Shown piece after piece: positions 33,491 through 33,827 of a DNA stretch of 33,827 bases. Both the position numbers and the translations under genes were made by a program. The notes beneath the pieces were generated by a model. That model was not told the DNA's origin and searched no databases. It saw only the letters and a list, made by a program, of their open reading frames with translations. Location of the stretch: the NCBI GenBank assembly GCA_964509925.1, contig CAZDZI010000004.1, positions 1 to 33,827 of the forward strand. The letters are read 5' to 3'. This stretch comes from Candidatus Woesearchaeota archaeon (GTDB lineage Archaea > Nanobdellota > Nanobdellia > Pacearchaeales > GW2011-AR1). Each line of letters opens with the position of its first letter. Position 1 is the first letter of the stretch.

Positions 33491-33827
33491 ATGGTAGAGT
33501 TAAAAAAAGTTTCAGAGAATATATATGAACTTCCTAAAACAGGAAAAATGAATGTTCCTGTAGAGATTTATGCCTCTGAAAAATTAATTCAAGGAATATC
33601 ACAAGATGAAACTTTAAAACAAGCTAAAAATATAGCTTTGCTTTCAGGGGTATATAAAAAAATTGTGTTATGCGCAGACAGCCACATGGGCTACGGCATG
33701 CCAATTGGTGGTGTTGCTGCTTTTAATTTAAAAAAAGCTGTTGTTGCTCCTGGAATGGTTGGTTTTGACATAAATTGTGGTGTTAGAGTTTTAGCAACCA
33801 ATATTACTAAAGAAGAATTTATGAAAA
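33491..33827 (+). CDS. rtcB: RNA-splicing ligase RtcB (5' partial, runs off the window)
   Basis: MVELKKVSENIYELPKTGKMNVPVEIYAS...ADSHMGYGMPIGGVAAF...PGMVGFDINCGVR matches the RtcB N-terminal metal-binding motifs. No stop codon occurs before the window end. Confidence 0.85.
   Translation, partial: MVELKKVSENIYELPKTGKMNVPVEIYASEKLIQGISQDETLKQAKNIALLSGVYKKIVLCADSHMGYGMPIGGVAAFNLKKAVVAPGMVGFDINCGVRVLATNITKEEFMK

Overview
This is a strongly AT-rich (by eye, not computed) archaeal chromosomal window. It most likely comes from a small-genome DPANN-type archaeon. That is an inference from archaeal-specific informational genes (DnaG-type primase, DTD2 deacylase, diphthine synthase, TrmB regulator, archease plus RtcB), generally short proteins, many class-III signal peptides and BRE/TATA-like promoters. 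Roughly 1-22.1 kb is housekeeping: dnaG, an SMC-like ATPase, RNase HII, IleRS, ArgRS, Dus, a TrxB-like reductase, three tRNAs (initiator-like Met-CAU, Ser-GCU, Leu-UAA) and an SRP (7S) RNA. Roughly 22.5-32.3 kb is a type IV filament locus of Epd/Tad-like, non-archaellum type. It has eight prepilin-like genes, one FlaI/PilB-class ATPase and a platform protein split into two T2SSF genes, and it is interrupted by an oppositely oriented RcnA/NicO-like metal transporter with a His-rich loop. The window ends with archease, an unknown gene and a partial RtcB. The observations I rank highest are: (1) the SMC-like protein has SMC-type heads but a Rad50-type CPLC zinc hook at the exact midpoint and no hinge domain; (2) the large multi-pilin filament locus sits next to an anchored SNase-LTD nuclease and Cys-rich secreted proteins; (3) the 3' end of tRNA-Ser is repeated twice just downstream, like att-site scars; (4) a near-palindromic TTGACAGTCAA-type motif plus TATA-like element recurs upstream of the SMC-like gene and between the SRP RNA and the pilus operon. 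I saw no CRISPR array, rRNA, transposase or integrase. All calls rest on reading the sequence and ORF translations and on recalled family motifs; no searches were run.
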